A stretch of 62,885 bases of DNA, filler included, from Octopus bimaculoides (taxonomy: Eukaryota), in NCBI RefSeq assembly GCF_001194135.2. It is 9 parts of 8 records of this genome, joined end to end, with 100 filler letters (N's around TTAATTAATTAA, not from the genome) between each part and the next. Parts side by side here need not be neighbours in the genome. Positions count along the whole stretch, not along the records: positions 1 to 6,669 come from NC_068982.1; positions 6,770 to 14,992 come from NC_068996.1; 7 more parts are not named here. The stretch is one strand, 5' to 3'. Shown here one piece after another: positions 1-11,828 of this stretch. Position 1 is the stretch's first letter; every line of letters begins with the position of its first letter. The position numbers and the translations under genes were made by a program. The notes under the pieces were generated by a model, which made no database searches, was not told the origin of the DNA, and saw nothing but the letters and a program-made list of their open reading frames with translations.

Positions 1-688
1 AGTGTGTTTGAGTGTTTTTTGTGTCGGTGGGGATGTTAGGTGTGTGTACGTGAGAGTGTGCGTATATCTATTTTTCTGAGTGTGTATGTGTTGTTTTAAT
101 CGTCCTTGTGGTGTGTGTGTGTGAGAGAGAGCGCAACCGTATGTATGTGTGAGGGTGTGTACATATGTGTGCGTCTGTGTGTGTATGTATGTGTGCATCT
201 GTGTGTGTGCGTGGGAGTGTTTTTTGTGAGTGTGGGAGTGTGTGTGTGTCTCTCTCTGTCCGAGTGAGTGTGTTGTTTTAAATACTCTTGTGGTGTGTGT
301 GTGTGTGTAAACAACCGTATGTGTGTGTGATGGTTCATATGTATGTGTATGTCTGTATGTGTACGTATGTCTATTTGTGTTGTGTGTTGGTGGAGGTGTT
401 ATGTGTGTGTACGTGAGTTTGTGTGTGTCTCTAAGTATGTTTGTGTTTGAATTGTCATTGTGGTGCGTGTGTGTGTGAGAGAACAACTGTATGTGTGTGT
501 GTGCATGAGGGTGCATGTGTGTGTGAGCATGTATGTGTGTGTTGCATTTATTAGGTGTCCTTGTACGTTGGGTTTATCCAGGTGATGTGTATGTGTGTGC
601 ATGTGTGTTCCGTGTATGTTGGTACTGGGTATGCGTTTGTATGTGTGTGTATGTTGGTACTGGGTATGCGTATGTATGTGTGTGTATG

Positions 689-726
<38 letters not shown>
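1..726. repeat. Degenerate (TG)n/(TATG)n microsatellite field ending in (TA)n
   Basis: Directly visible. The His/Thr- and Val/Cys-rich ORFs here are translation artefacts. Confidence 0.95.
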
Positions 727-734
<8 letters not shown>

Positions 735-736
<2 letters not shown>

Positions 737-1530
737 TTTTGTTACTCGAGCGAAAACATACTTTTGTCCAGCTGAATACATTACATGCTTTCCCAAAATG
801 TCAATAAATAAAAAGATCACGTGTACGTTCAACTCTACTACATTGCCTATCAAAGAAACGATGTTCTCCGAGTTGTGATTTATTTATAGACGCAGCAAAG
901 CCGAGTTTTACTGGATAATGTAGCCTTTGAATACGAAAGCTAGTTCTGTGTTAGTTGGTATCAGGGCTATTGTAGCTATAAAGGCTAGTTTTGTGTTAGT
1001 TGGTACCGAGGGTAGTGTAGGTGTGAAAGTATCTTCTCCTATAGAACAACCATTCAAAATAGTAGCCTGTATAACATGCCGAACTGTTGCTATTACACAG
1101 GATCTGCATTTAGCATGATGATGGCGCTTACATTTTACAAAAGTCCATCTGATGGATGCCTAGGAGGTTCCAAAGAACTTAAGAATTCAACAGGACAGTT
1201 GACTGCCTCTGCAGGATTACGAACTGAATCTATAGGTATATAAGTCTGTGTAGTTTCTGAACTGCGATCCAATGAATTATTGTTTATGCTGTTGATAGTG
1301 ATATTTTTTGGTGCAAGCATTGCTCTTTCACATTAGTACTTATGGTTTTAATTGAAATAATTACCGTTGTATCTAGACAATTTTATCCAGGAGCACCCTA
1401 TCCTCTTCAAGTCCATAAAAATCATAGAGCAAAAACCGACTCTCGTTTTCTTAGGGTCATCTTTTGGGTGTCTCCTCAAACAAGATGACTTCGAGCAAGC
1501 TATTAACTCTTCTGCTTCAGTATGGACCTC
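735..1530 (-). mobile_element. Helitron RepHel remnant, Pif1-family helicase C-terminal half (stops and frameshifts)
   Basis: Minus-strand translation across frames gives EELIACSKSSCLRRH, CERAMLAPKN, SVRNPAEAVNCPVEFLSSLEPP, VIQATILNGCSIGEDTF, LAFVFKRLHYPVKLGFAASINKSQ and SAGQKYVFARVT. These match Helitron Pif1 motifs (CERAILAPKN, YPTEFLNSLEPP, FKRLQFPVRLAFAMTINKSQGQ, HGQLYVALSRV). Confidence 0.9.
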
Positions 1531-1533
1531 AGG

Positions 1534-1720
1534 ACTGTCCTTCACACGCCCTACAGTCCAAACCTTGCACTCTGTGACGTTTGGTTGTTCCCTAAGCTGA
1601 AGGAGAACCTAAAAGGCAAACGTTTTGAAGGCATTGAGATGTGACAAAGGGACTAGACACTTTCACTTTGGAGAACTTGTATGGGGCCTTCACATAAATG
1701 GCTGGAGTGATACAGGTGAG
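1534..1720 (+). mobile_element. Mariner transposase C-terminal fragment
   Basis: Translates TVLHTPYSPNLALCDVWLFPKLKENLKGKRFEGIE, matching the mariner HPPYSPDLAPCDFWLFPKLK..LKGKRF motif. Confidence 0.85.
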
Positions 1721-3169
1721 TTGAAGACAGAAGATATTATTTTGAAGTAGACTAAAATGTTATACTTGTTTGAAATTAGTAAATGTCTCTCCTGAAAATT
1801 CTAGAGCCCTCTGGCAAGCACTTTGCATATAAGAATGATTGTGTGCATTTATATGTATATATATCTGTAGTGAAACTACCTCCCGCCATTAGATACAAAC
1901 TACTATCGCCATTACATACAATCTTCTCATTTAAATATAAATAAATGCGAGCGTAGTAGAGAACCCATTCCTTGTCATCACGTGACTGATTATTATTCGA
2001 ATCGGCAACTTCTTCGAGCCGTTCCCGCCAGAACGCAAACTGACCAATCACAGCCCCTAATAAGGTCACGTGATAGAGTATCAAACTGAAGCCATCGGGA
2101 GCCAATAGTTTGTTATAAATAGCTTTAACTCATACCCCACAAATTTGTCTCGGTCCAGTTTCTCTTTGAGAACTGTTCCGTGTACCACACGACNNNNNNN
2201 NNNNNNNNNNNNNNNNNNNNNNNNNNNNNNNNNNNNNNNNNNNNNNNNNNNNNNNNNNNNNNNNNNNNNNNNNNNNNNNNNNNNNNNNNNNNNNNNNNNN
2301 NNNNNNNNNNNNNNNNNNNNNNNNNNNNNNNNNNNNNNNNNNNNNNNNNNNNNNNNNNNNNNNNNNNNNNNNNNNNNNNNNNNNNNNNNNNNNNNNNNNN
2401 NNNNNNNNNNNNNNNNNNNNNNNNNNNNNNNNNNNNNNNNNNNNNNNNNNNNNNNNNNNNNNNNNNNNNNNNNNNNNNNNNNNNNNNNNNNNNNNNNNNN
2501 NNNNNNNNNNNNNNNNNNNNNNNNNNNNNNNNNNNNNNNNNNNNNNNNNNNNNNNNNNNNNNNNNNNNNNNNNNNNNNNNNNNNNNNNNNNNNNNNNNNN
2601 NNNNNNNNNNNNNNNNNNNNNNNNNNNNNNNNNNNNNNNNNNNNNNNNNNNNNNNNNNNNNNNNNNNNNNNNNNNNNNNNNNNNNNNNNNNNNNNNNNNN
2701 NNNNNNNNNNNNNNNNNNNNNNNNNNNNNNNNNNNNNNNNNNNNNNNNNNNNNNNNNNNNNNNNNNNNNNNNNNNNNNNNNNNNNNNNNNNNNNNNNNNN
2801 NNNNNNNNNNNNNNNNNNNNNNNNNNNNNNNNNNNNNNNNNNNNNNNNNNNNNNNNNNNNNNNNNNNNNNNNNNNNNNNNNNNNNNNNNNNNNNNNNNNN
2901 NNNNNNNNNNNNNNNNNNNNNNNNNNNNNNNNNNNNNNNNNNNNNNNNNNNNNNNNNNNNNNNNNNNNNNNNNNNNNNNNNNNNNNNNNNNNNNNNNNNN
3001 NNNNNNNNNNNNNNNNNNNTATATATATATCCATGCGTGTAATTGTGTATTTGTATATATATCACCTACCCAAAATTACGCCGCTTTACTCGTGTCCTTA
3101 TACTGCCACTCCTTTTATCACTTGTAGTATATTAAATAGACACTGTATTTGTATAACTATTTGTTTTTG

Positions 3170-4130
3170 TTTGATGCTACGAGAGATTAAAACTTCCTTT
3201 CCAGTGACTACAATTTGGTATTGTTTGAGTCATCGACTAGAACTTATTTCTGAGACGGTTACAAATGGATTCAATGGTGTCACCAGACTAATAAAAGTCT
3301 CAGCTTCAAATATTTTCAGTTAAAGCATTGTATTGAAATAATATAAATAAACTGTGGCATTTGGCTCACAATAGGTTTACTGAAGAATCAAATCGACTAA
3401 AGCAGTATGGTGGCGTTTATTCATCTATTCAGTAGTTTCCTCAACTCTCAACATAAGTTTTCTGGCGTTGAATACAGATTGAAAACAAAGCTTGACTTAA
3501 CTATTGTATGGACTATTATGAAAAAGCAGTACAAGAAGGATGGTTATGTTTCATAAAGGCTGACAAAAATCTTTAGGCATAGAATGAATTCGTTTATATA
3601 ATAGGAAAACAGGAGGATTCACATGAATTAATGAGTTTAGTAGTACAAAATGATCCTATTAAATGCATGAGGTTTGATGGAAACGAAAAGTGTAAACCAT
3701 TCGCTCAACGAGAAAACTTCATTGATAAAATAATTGATAAAATAAAAGTAAGATTATGAAGTGAAAAATAAACAGCGTTTAAGAATGAATAATTTAGATT
3801 CTGATTTTAATAAAACTAAACTTGGAAAATTATTAGATGTTTTGAAGCCCACTTCATGGAATATTGAAGAGGCCAAAGTCCCTCAAAGTCTTAAAGAAGT
3901 AAAATGGAACGAATTAAATAAGATCTAAAATTTAAAAGAGATTTAAATAATTTTCTTGACTCAGCAGAAAGCTGCAGTCATATGAGAACAGCAAAACAAA
4001 TTATGAAGGCATTTGCCTTAAGTTTTGTTGAGGTAGAAAGAGATTTACAGTTCATCAAAATTTTTGTAGTGATAAAATGGGAACACATATAAAGTTTTAT
4101 GATTGTCAGTATGTTTGGAGTCACCAATAA
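3170..4130 (+). mobile_element. hAT transposase remnant (ZNF862-like)
   Basis: MLREIKTSFPVTTIWYCLSHRLEL resembles the hAT C(2)H motif (FPSIIVWHCxNHRLEL). Later LDVLKPTSW and VEVER resemble the dimerisation region. Heavily decayed. Confidence 0.6.
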
Positions 4131-4231
4131 GATTTTGGAACTTATTACCACATGTCAAATAAGGGATCAAATTTCATTGATTTATTTTAGCTAGCAGAGT
4201 TCGTGTGCCTCAAATTATAGTTTACAGAGAT

Positions 4232-4379
4232 AGCGCAGGTGTGGTTGCGTGGTAACCACATGATTTCGGGTTCAGTCCCAATGCGTGGCAACCTAATGAA
4301 ATATCGTCTGTTACAGTTCCGGGCCAACCAAAGAACTGTGAGTAGATTTGGTAGATGGAAACTGAAAGAAACCCGTCGT
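4232..4379 (+). mobile_element. tRNA-derived SINE family A, degenerate 5' half
   Basis: GGGTTCAGTCCC B-box-like head and ...GAAACTGAAAGAAACCCGTCG, shared with other family A copies; followed by microsatellite. Confidence 0.8.
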
Positions 4380-4751
4380 ATGTGTGTGTGTATCTGTATT
4401 TATTACATACACCCTCCCCCACCACACACACTCACACACACACACACACATATATATACATATACATACATACATACATATATACATACATACATACACA
4501 CACAATATTATTTAGATTAGTAAAGAACTCTGGGTATTCTTATGGTAGGGTCCGAGTTTATGGTTCATCACAATTCAGTATTGTAAATCCGTGGATGGGC
4601 TCCAGTCAAACTGGTTTTTGCACGGAGGGATACATAAGACAAGGTAATGGTCATTACATAGTTTTCTTTATTTAAGTAAATTTGGCTTACAGCTGTTTCC
4701 AGTGGCGTTACTGATAGGTTTATTCAATTGGTCTATGTATGTACATGTATG

Positions 4752-4782
<31 letters not shown>

Positions 4783-5224
4783 TCATGCATGCATGTATGC
4801 ATGTATGGGGATGTGCGTGTGTGTGTGTGTTACGGTCTCTTTGCCTTGATGGTTGTAAACGAGTGTCACCACTATGCATGTGATGGCCTTTGTTTCCAAT
4901 CTTCCATGTAAACATATGAGGGTTTACGACAGGAGAATCATCCGGCCATAGAATATGCACCTCAAGAAAGTCCGTCCGACCGTTGCAAGCATGCAAATGT
5001 AGACGCTAAAACGATGATGATATTGATGAGAGAAATCGAAGATATTTAGAAATCGTAACATAAGGCGTCTGTGTTTAAACTCTTGAAACCCTTTAGATAT
5101 AACAGAAGTCCTAAGGTTTATATTTTTTCTAATAAAGCATTTATAATTAATTACTATTCAGATTCCAAATTCATCAAGGCGTGTTGTGACATTGCACAAG
5201 GCTAGTAATTCCGAGGAGGCTACT

Positions 5225-5440
5225 CTTTTATTCTTTTACTTGTTTCAGTCTTTTGACTGTGGCCATGCTGGAGCACTGCCTTTAGTCGAGCAAATCGACC
5301 CCAGGACTTATTCTTTAGACACCTAGTACTTATTCTATCGGTCTCTTTTGCCGAACCGCTAAGTTACGGGACGTAAACACACCAGCATCGGTTGTCAAGC
5401 GATGTTGGGGGGGGGGACAAACACAGACACACAAACACAT

Positions 5441-5481
<41 letters not shown>

Positions 5482-5885
5482 NNNNNNNNNNNNNNNNNNN
5501 NNNNNNNNNNNNNNNNNNNNNNNNNNNNNNNNNNNNNNNNNNNNNNNNNNNNNNNNNNNNNNNNNNNNNNNNNNNNNNNNNNNNNNNNNNNNNNNNNNNN
5601 NNNNNNNNNNNNNNNNNNNNNNNNNNNNNNNNNNNNNNNNNNNNNNNNNNNNNNNNNNNNNNNNNNNNNNNNNNNNNNNNNNNNNNNNNNNNNNNNNNNN
5701 NNNNNNNNNNNNACATATATACGACGGGCTTCTTTCAGTTTCCGTCTGCCAAATCCACTCACAAGGCTTTGGTCGGCCCGAGGCTATAGTAGAAGACACT
5801 TGCCCAAGATGTCACGCAGTGGGACTGAACCCGGGACCATGTGGTTGGTAAGCAAGCTACTTACCACACAGCCACTCCTACGCCT
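5225..5885 (-). mobile_element. SINE family A, full length, with internal microsatellite and gap
   Basis: Head at 5720-5885 nearly identical to 44561-44725. Internal (TA)n/(CA)n. 3' tail ...CCAGCATGGCCACAGTCAAAAGACTGAAACAAGTAAAAGAATAAAAGA. Confidence 0.93.
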
Positions 5886-5904
5886 ATGTAAGGTTATGTG
5901 AGTT

Positions 5905-6066
5905 GACAACATTGTCCCCAGAGTTCAACTGGTACTTATTTTATCAACTTCAAAGGATGAGAGGCAAAATGACCTCGGTAGAATTTGAACTCAGAGCATA
6001 AAGGCGGACGAAATGCCACTAAGCATTTTGTCCGGCGTGCTAACGATTCTATCAGCTCGCCGCTTT
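5905..6066 (-). mobile_element. SINE family B
   Basis: Reverse complement of GGCGAGCTG..AGAATCGTTAGCACGCCGG...GCCTTTCATCCTTTCG...AAGTACCAG, seen in at least 7 other copies. Confidence 0.85.
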
Positions 6067-6713
6067 GAGCCGCTTCTAATTTGAACCGTGCTAAAGAGAT
6101 TTTTTTTTTTTTTTTTGCTGCTGGTTTCACCGGTTATTAAAATTTCTTCAGTTCCGCGGACAGTTAGCATTCTTGCTGTTTAGCATTGTCTGTTTTTATC
6201 TGTCTATTTATTTAATGTAGTAAAGTGAAGTTCCTTTCCGAGTTGTACAGACCCATAAGGGCCGGTTTCCCGGTTTTCATGGCGTATATCTTCCCCACAT
6301 GGACGGGACGCCGATCCGTCGCATCTTTAACACGAACTTTAACACGAAATAACTTCTGAAATACCAAATTTTCTCAAAAATGTTCCAAGGAAACCGTGTT
6401 CTGCGTGAGACATTCCACCAGTACATGAAGTTTTAAACTGTTTAGTTAAAAAAATTAATTAAAAAATCTATGCGCCAACTGAACAGATCCGGGAAGGCTA
6501 ACTAGACACAAACTAGAGCTTGGCCGACCCTAGGTGGCTCATTTCTGTGAGGGTGCCTGATTAATGAGAGACCCAATCATTAAATGACCGTCACTAATGA
6601 TATGATGCACGGAAAATTACTTATTAGAGAGAGAGAGAGGGAGAGAGAGAGAGAAGGGAGAGAGAGGGANNNNNNNNNNNNNNNNNNNNNNNNNNNNNNN
6701 NNNNNNNNNNNNN

Positions 6714-6725
6714 TTAATTAATTAA
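6714..6725. other. Artificial scaffold linker TTAATTAATTAA (also at 15037, 24992, 44483, 49880, 55722, 59718, 61249)
   Basis: An identical 12-mer with stops in all six frames, always centred in an N run of about 100 bp. Confidence 0.95.
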
Positions 6726-6993
6726 NNNNNNNNNNNNNNNNNNNNNNNNNNNNNNNNNNNNNNNNNNNNGGTAGAGGTGGGGTATGTGGGAGTGGATATA
6801 AGGGATGGGATGGATAGGGAAGGTAGGGTTGGATTGTGTAGAGGTGGGGTTACGAGGGAGGGGTGACGATGAAGGGAGTAAGGAAAGGGAGCACGTGGGT
6901 AGGAGTGAAGAGAAGAAGAAGGAGTCGGAGCAAAAGAGGGGAGGTGGGTGGGAGGAAGTGGGTGTGAGAGGAAGAGAGGAGAGGAGAAGAGGG

Positions 6994-7500
6994 TTAAATG
7001 AAGAGAGGAGGAGAGTTGAGCCCATGTAACGCAAAAGAGCAAAGAGAGAAGATTAATCCCTGCTCACGGCGAAGACGGGAGTCTGGATGGCCCCTGTGCA
7101 AAGACAATCCGAACACAGACAGGTGTTGTAAAGAGTGACTAGTAGAGTGGAAATGGTGCGAGACCGGGGTGCCATTGCCGAGTTTGATGTCTCGCAGGTG
7201 TTCTGCGAACCGGTCAGCCAAGCGGCGTCCCGTTTGTCCGATGTATAGAGAAGGGCAGAGAGAGCAGGAGACACAGTAGATGACATTGCTAGAAGTGCAG
7301 GTGAAGGAGTCGGTGATATAATAGGATCGATGATGGGTGCTGGTGAGGAGGGTGGTGTTGGAGAGGTAAGGGAATGTGCGGAAGCGTGGGCGAGAGCAGG
7401 AGAACGAGCCGGGTTGGGAAGTTGGGTTAGGGAAGAAGCTGTGGACCAAGATGTCTCGTAGGTTGTGGGCTCGTCTGAAGCAGGGGAAATGTCGGTTAGA
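6994..7500 (-). pseudogene. PLE GIY-YIG endonuclease with upstream Cys linker
   Basis: ORF 6994-7719: FTCTSSNVIYCVSC..LYIGQT..RFAEH..PVSHHF..RLRREQGLIF. Confidence 0.9.
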
Positions 7501-7699
7501 GAAGATGTGCGAAGTGGAGGGGTCGGACTGGAGTCGCCGGAAGGCTCGGAGAATGGTGCGTTGGAGAAGTAGGATGGTGAGGTGGTAGGTGAGGGGAAAC
7601 AGGAGACGGGAGACGGCGGGTGTGGGGGGAGCAGATGCACGGTTCACGGAACGTGCTCCGACAAGGGCGGTGTGGATAGTGGTGAGGGGATATCCTCGT

Positions 7700-8760
7700 A
7701 GGATGAAGTGGCGAGCCATGAGTTGAGACTGAGTCTCAAAGTTATGGTCGTCACTGCAGAGCCTGTGTAGACGGAGGAATTGGGGATGGAAAGCTTGGTG
7801 TGTTTAGGGTGGGAGGAGGAAAAATTGAGGTATGAGTGTGAATCTGTGTGTTTGTAGTGGATGGAGTTGGTGAGAGTGGAATGATGAATGCTGACCGAAA
7901 TGTCAAGAAAGGAGACACAGGTGTCGGAAATAGTGCAGGAGAAGTGGAGGGCAGGATGGAAAGATTTGACAAAAGAGAGGAAGGAGTCTAGATGTTCGCG
8001 GGAGAATGAGGTCGCACCGATACAGTCGTCAATACAATGGCCGTATAGTTCAGGAGTGGGACCAGTGAAACTTGAGAATATTTGGGCCTCAATGTAGCCA
8101 ATGAACAAGTTCGCATAGTTGGGGCCCATTTTCGTTCCCACGACCACTCCCGAGAACTGCAGGTACAAATCACCAGCGAACGAGAAGCAGTTGAGTGAGA
8201 GAGCAAGTTCGGCCAGACGAACGAGTGTGAATGTGCCGGGTTGGGGGGTTGGTTCGAAGGTTAAAGAAGTGTTGGAGTGTACGCAGCCCCTCGTGTTTAG
8301 GGATCACCGTGTAAATGCTCTGGATGTCGGGAGTGAAGAGAGGTTTAGAGGAGCCAGGAGGGAAGGAGAAATAGTTGAACAAACGAAACGCATGGTTGGT
8401 GTCATGGGTGTGAGGGGAGGGAAGCCACTAGGGGGACAAGGACACGGTCAAGATATCTGGAAATGAGTTCGGTGGAGCAGTTACAGGCGGAGACAATGGG
8501 GCGGTCTGAGTTGTTAGGTTTGTGGATTTTGGGGAGGAAGTAAATTGTGGGGCTGCGAGGGGTGCGGAAATGAGGTTGGAGGTGGTGGTGGGAGACGGGA
8601 GGAGGAAATGAGGTCATGGATAGTGAAGGACACAGTCTGTTGGGCGTGGGTTAGAGGGCAGAGGGCAGGTGTCTTGAAGTTGGTGGAGAGCTTCTGCCTT
8701 GTAGAGGTCCCCGTGCCACACCACCACGGCTCCACCCTTGTCGACCGGTTTTATGATGAT
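7700..8760 (-). pseudogene. PLE reverse transcriptase (split over several frames; YIDD changed to CIDD)
   Basis: ORFs 8514-8735, 8402-8617, 8170-8382 and 7644-8168 carry consecutive PLE RT motifs. Confidence 0.9.
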
Positions 8761-10325
8761 GTCAGTCCGGCGTCGGAGACATCGAAGACATGTTCAGATA
8801 TTGGAGACGCCTGGAAAAGTTAAACCGGTCTACAATGCGCTGGCAGGCGTCCGCAAAAAGATCGACTGCTTGGAACTGGCCAGGAGCTGGCGTCCACTGG
8901 GATGGTCGGCGGCCCAGGTCGGTGAAGCAGTCCTCCTCACTAGATGCAGGTGGAATGTCGCGAAAAAGCGTTCACAACCTAACACAGCGCACAAAGATGT
9001 GGATAGTGGCACGAGTCCGAAATCTTTTGCNNNNNNNNNNNNNNNNNNNNNNNNNNNNNNNNNNNNNNNNNNNNNNNNNNNNNNNNNNNNNNNNNNNNNN
9101 NNNNNNNNNNNNNNNNNNNNNNNNNNNNNNNNNNNNNNNNNNNNNNNNNNNNNNNNNNNNNNNNNNNNNNNNNNNNNNNNNNNNNNNNNNNNNNNNNNNN
9201 NNNNNNNNNNNNNNNNNNNNNNNNNNNNNNNNNNNNNNNNNNNNNNNNNNNNGGTGCCGGGAGCGTATCAGGGAGGGAGAGTGGTAGTGGCATCAGGTGT
9301 GATGGAATGGAGGAGTGAGTGGAGTTTACGCTGTTTGGTGTGAGCGAGAAATTGATGAAAGAGATGATTTAAATGAATTATGTAACGTAACGTAGTGTTT
9401 GCATGGGAGGGCGACTGAAAGGAGAAGACGGTTGATGGTGTGTATTTTGGAGAGATTAGAACGAATGGTGGCGCGCATAAGGCGGTAGGATGTAGTACGG
9501 AGTATGGGTAGGATGGTTGAAGCAGAGTGGAGAGTGGGGTGGAAATGGAGGTGGAAACTTTTAGGGATGAGGCACTGATGCAAGCAGCGACTGAGAAAGA
9601 AAAGGTGACTGAGGGAGGCGTGTTCTTTGAAAATTATTAGGGAAAGGTTAATAGAAGGCTGAAAGCAGTGGAAGGGTGTTGTTTTAGGTAGTGGTGAAGG
9701 TGGAGGAGGAAAGGTTTGTAATCGGGCATGATTGAAAAACGAGGAGAAAAGAGAGAGAAAGGAGAAAAACGGGGAAAAGGGGAAGAGAGAAGGTAAATGA
9801 AGACGTGGGGAGGAAAAATTCAAAATGTGTGGGGAGAAAAAATATATATGAGAGGTGGGAGAAGAAAATAAAAACAAGGAAGGAAAGGACGAAGAAGGAA
9901 GAAACAGACAAAAGGGAGAAGAAGGGGAGAAGAGAAGACGAAAGGGAAAAAGAAAGGGAGGGAGAAAGAGGCAAGGTAACAAACAGGTGCGGATTAGACA
10001 AAACAGAGTAAGAACAACCAGAGTAGGAAGAAACGACAATAGGAAAAAGCAGAAAGTACAAAAAAAAGTTAAGAAAAGTCCAAAAGGTTCAAAAGCTTCG
10101 AACGTCGTGGTGTATTGGAGCGATTTCTCATCAACAGAAGAGTCCAGTGTAATCCATGGGCAGGAGAGGTACAGCTGAAGTGTACGGGAGTAGAAAATCC
10201 AGGTAGAGATTTCAGGTAGAGAATCCAGGTAGAATAGTCCAGTGTAGAAAATCCAAGAAGAGTTCGTTGGATATTGAGAGGAGACAGGATCAACTGGTAC
10301 GACCACGTGAGCGTGTAATATATGG

Positions 10326-10431
10326 GGAGAATTCACAAAAAAAAAAACAAAAGACGAAGACGGCTGGTGTAGACAACAAACAGATGTATTAGTTTAACGC
10401 TCGGGAAGTGAAAACATCTTTAACGTTTCGA

Positions 10432-10432
<1 letters not shown>
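10326..10432 (-). repeat. pLTR-like repeat, homologous to 56670-56770
   Basis: Shared AAAACAAAAGACGAAGAC..ACAACAAACAG.TGTATTAGTTTAACGCTCGGGAAG..ACGTTTCG. It lies at the 5' end of the PLE. Confidence 0.7.
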
Positions 10433-10433
<1 letters not shown>

Positions 10434-10462
<29 letters not shown>

Positions 10463-10548
10463 TGTATGTATGTATGTATGTATGTATGTATGTATGTAGT
10501 ATGTATGTATGTATGTATGTATGTATGTATGTATGTATGTATATGTAT
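10434..10548. repeat. (TATG)n microsatellite
   Basis: Directly visible. Confidence 0.97.
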
Positions 10549-11634
10549 ATATATAAAATTTAATAACGATCATGCAGACAAACAATTTCACATAAATCCC
10601 TCTGTTAGGCTTACACTTGCTATACATGCAAGTGATTACTGTGCAAAGCCTCTAGGAAAATTGAATAAGAAAATTAGCATTTTTCAAAAGGAAAATTATA
10701 ATTGCTAAAGGAAAGTTTATAATTCTCGGGCAAGAGAAGAGAGACAGATAGAAAAAGTAAGAGAGACGTAACATGCTTGTATGAGCAGAAGTACATTCTC
10801 AGATACTGGTCCAAATCACCATTGAAAAGTTGATACCATTGCTTCTTTTCTTGAAATTGCTTTTCGTAGTCAATTTCATTCGTTCCTTCCTTCGCCCCTC
10901 ATCGCTCCATCATCTTTTCGCACTTTTATCCCTCACTTTTCTTTTTCACCCTTTCTTTTCTTTCTTTCTATCCTCTCTCTTAATTGTCTTCCCTCTTCAT
11001 TAGGCACCTTTAAAATATCGTTAGGTCAATGTAATGCCTCTTCTTCTTTGTCTTTGCTTCGTTTGAATAGGTCGGATGTAAATTTTGTTGCTGAAATGAA
11101 AGTGTCTACTTAGTCGTCAATAATTTCCAGATCCTTATATATATCAATGCTCAAATATCATCAATCAACCAATTTAGTATCTCAGTATTATTATTAATAC
11201 AAAACATTGCGCCCCATGAAGATATTCTATGCAGCTTCCATTGCCATATTAGTTCGTTGCTGTATGGCATTTCCTAGTCATACGCTTGTTTTTGTTGTTC
11301 ACAAAAAAACCCCACAAAACAAAACAAAACAAAAAGGACAAAAAAAAAAACAACAACAACATCAGGCAAAACAGCAAAAACAAAAAATATAAAAATAAAA
11401 AGACCATTTCAGAAAATATATTCTTCAAGGTACTTTTAACAACATTGGACAACGAAAAGTGGTTATGTCTCTGACCGATAATCGTCAGACTTGTTTCACA
11501 GACATCGGTCTATAAGTTTTCAAAGTAGACATTAAATCCACCAGCCTGTAAAAGCCGATAAATATTTTGGACAATATCAACCCTACTCTAACACACACAC
11601 ACACACACATATAAAGTAGTTGTATACTGCCAAC

Positions 11635-11828
11635 TTAACGTGACAGTCCCAATAAGGGAATATACTACTGCTATTTAGCCCTAGGAAGCTGGCCCGCTTC
11701 CTATTAGGCCTTGACACATTTCCTGTGCCCTTATCCTTACGAGGGGGAGACAAACTCCTCCACCCAGCCTAGCCTGCATTCAGGGACATGTTTCTGAGTC
11801 TTTGCTCGTCATCAGCCTGAAGTAGCAC
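11635..11828 (-). mobile_element. ~190-bp hammerhead-bearing non-autonomous element (retrozyme/PLE-LTR-like)
   Basis: GC-richer island in AT-rich flanks with a hammerhead at its 5' end. Boundaries are inferred. Confidence 0.55.
11779..11821 (-). ncRNA. Type I hammerhead ribozyme, essentially intact
   Basis: RNA UUCAGG-CUGAUGA-C GAG CAAAGA CUC A-GAA-ACAUGU-C^CCUGAA. Perfect 6-bp stem I, full core, palindromic stem III, GUC cleavage triplet. Confidence 0.85.

Larger units (their letters stand above)
6770..10330 (-). mobile_element. Penelope-like element (Neptune-type), near full length but frameshifted
   Basis: N-terminal SHLFFLSRCLHQCLIPKSFHLHFHP (9326-9700). IIIKPVDKGGAVVVW (~8700-8760). 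LPKIHKP..RPIVSAC. FTPDIQSIYTVIP. GTKMGPNYANLF..CIDD..SFLDI. C-terminal GIY-YIG with NVIYCVSCSLC..LYIGQTGRRLADRFAEH. Confidence 0.93.

Noticed and set aside
9684-10178. Phe/Ser/Leu-rich and Lys/Arg/Glu-rich ORFs
   Set aside because: Polypurine/polypyrimidine tract of the PLE 5' region, not a gene.
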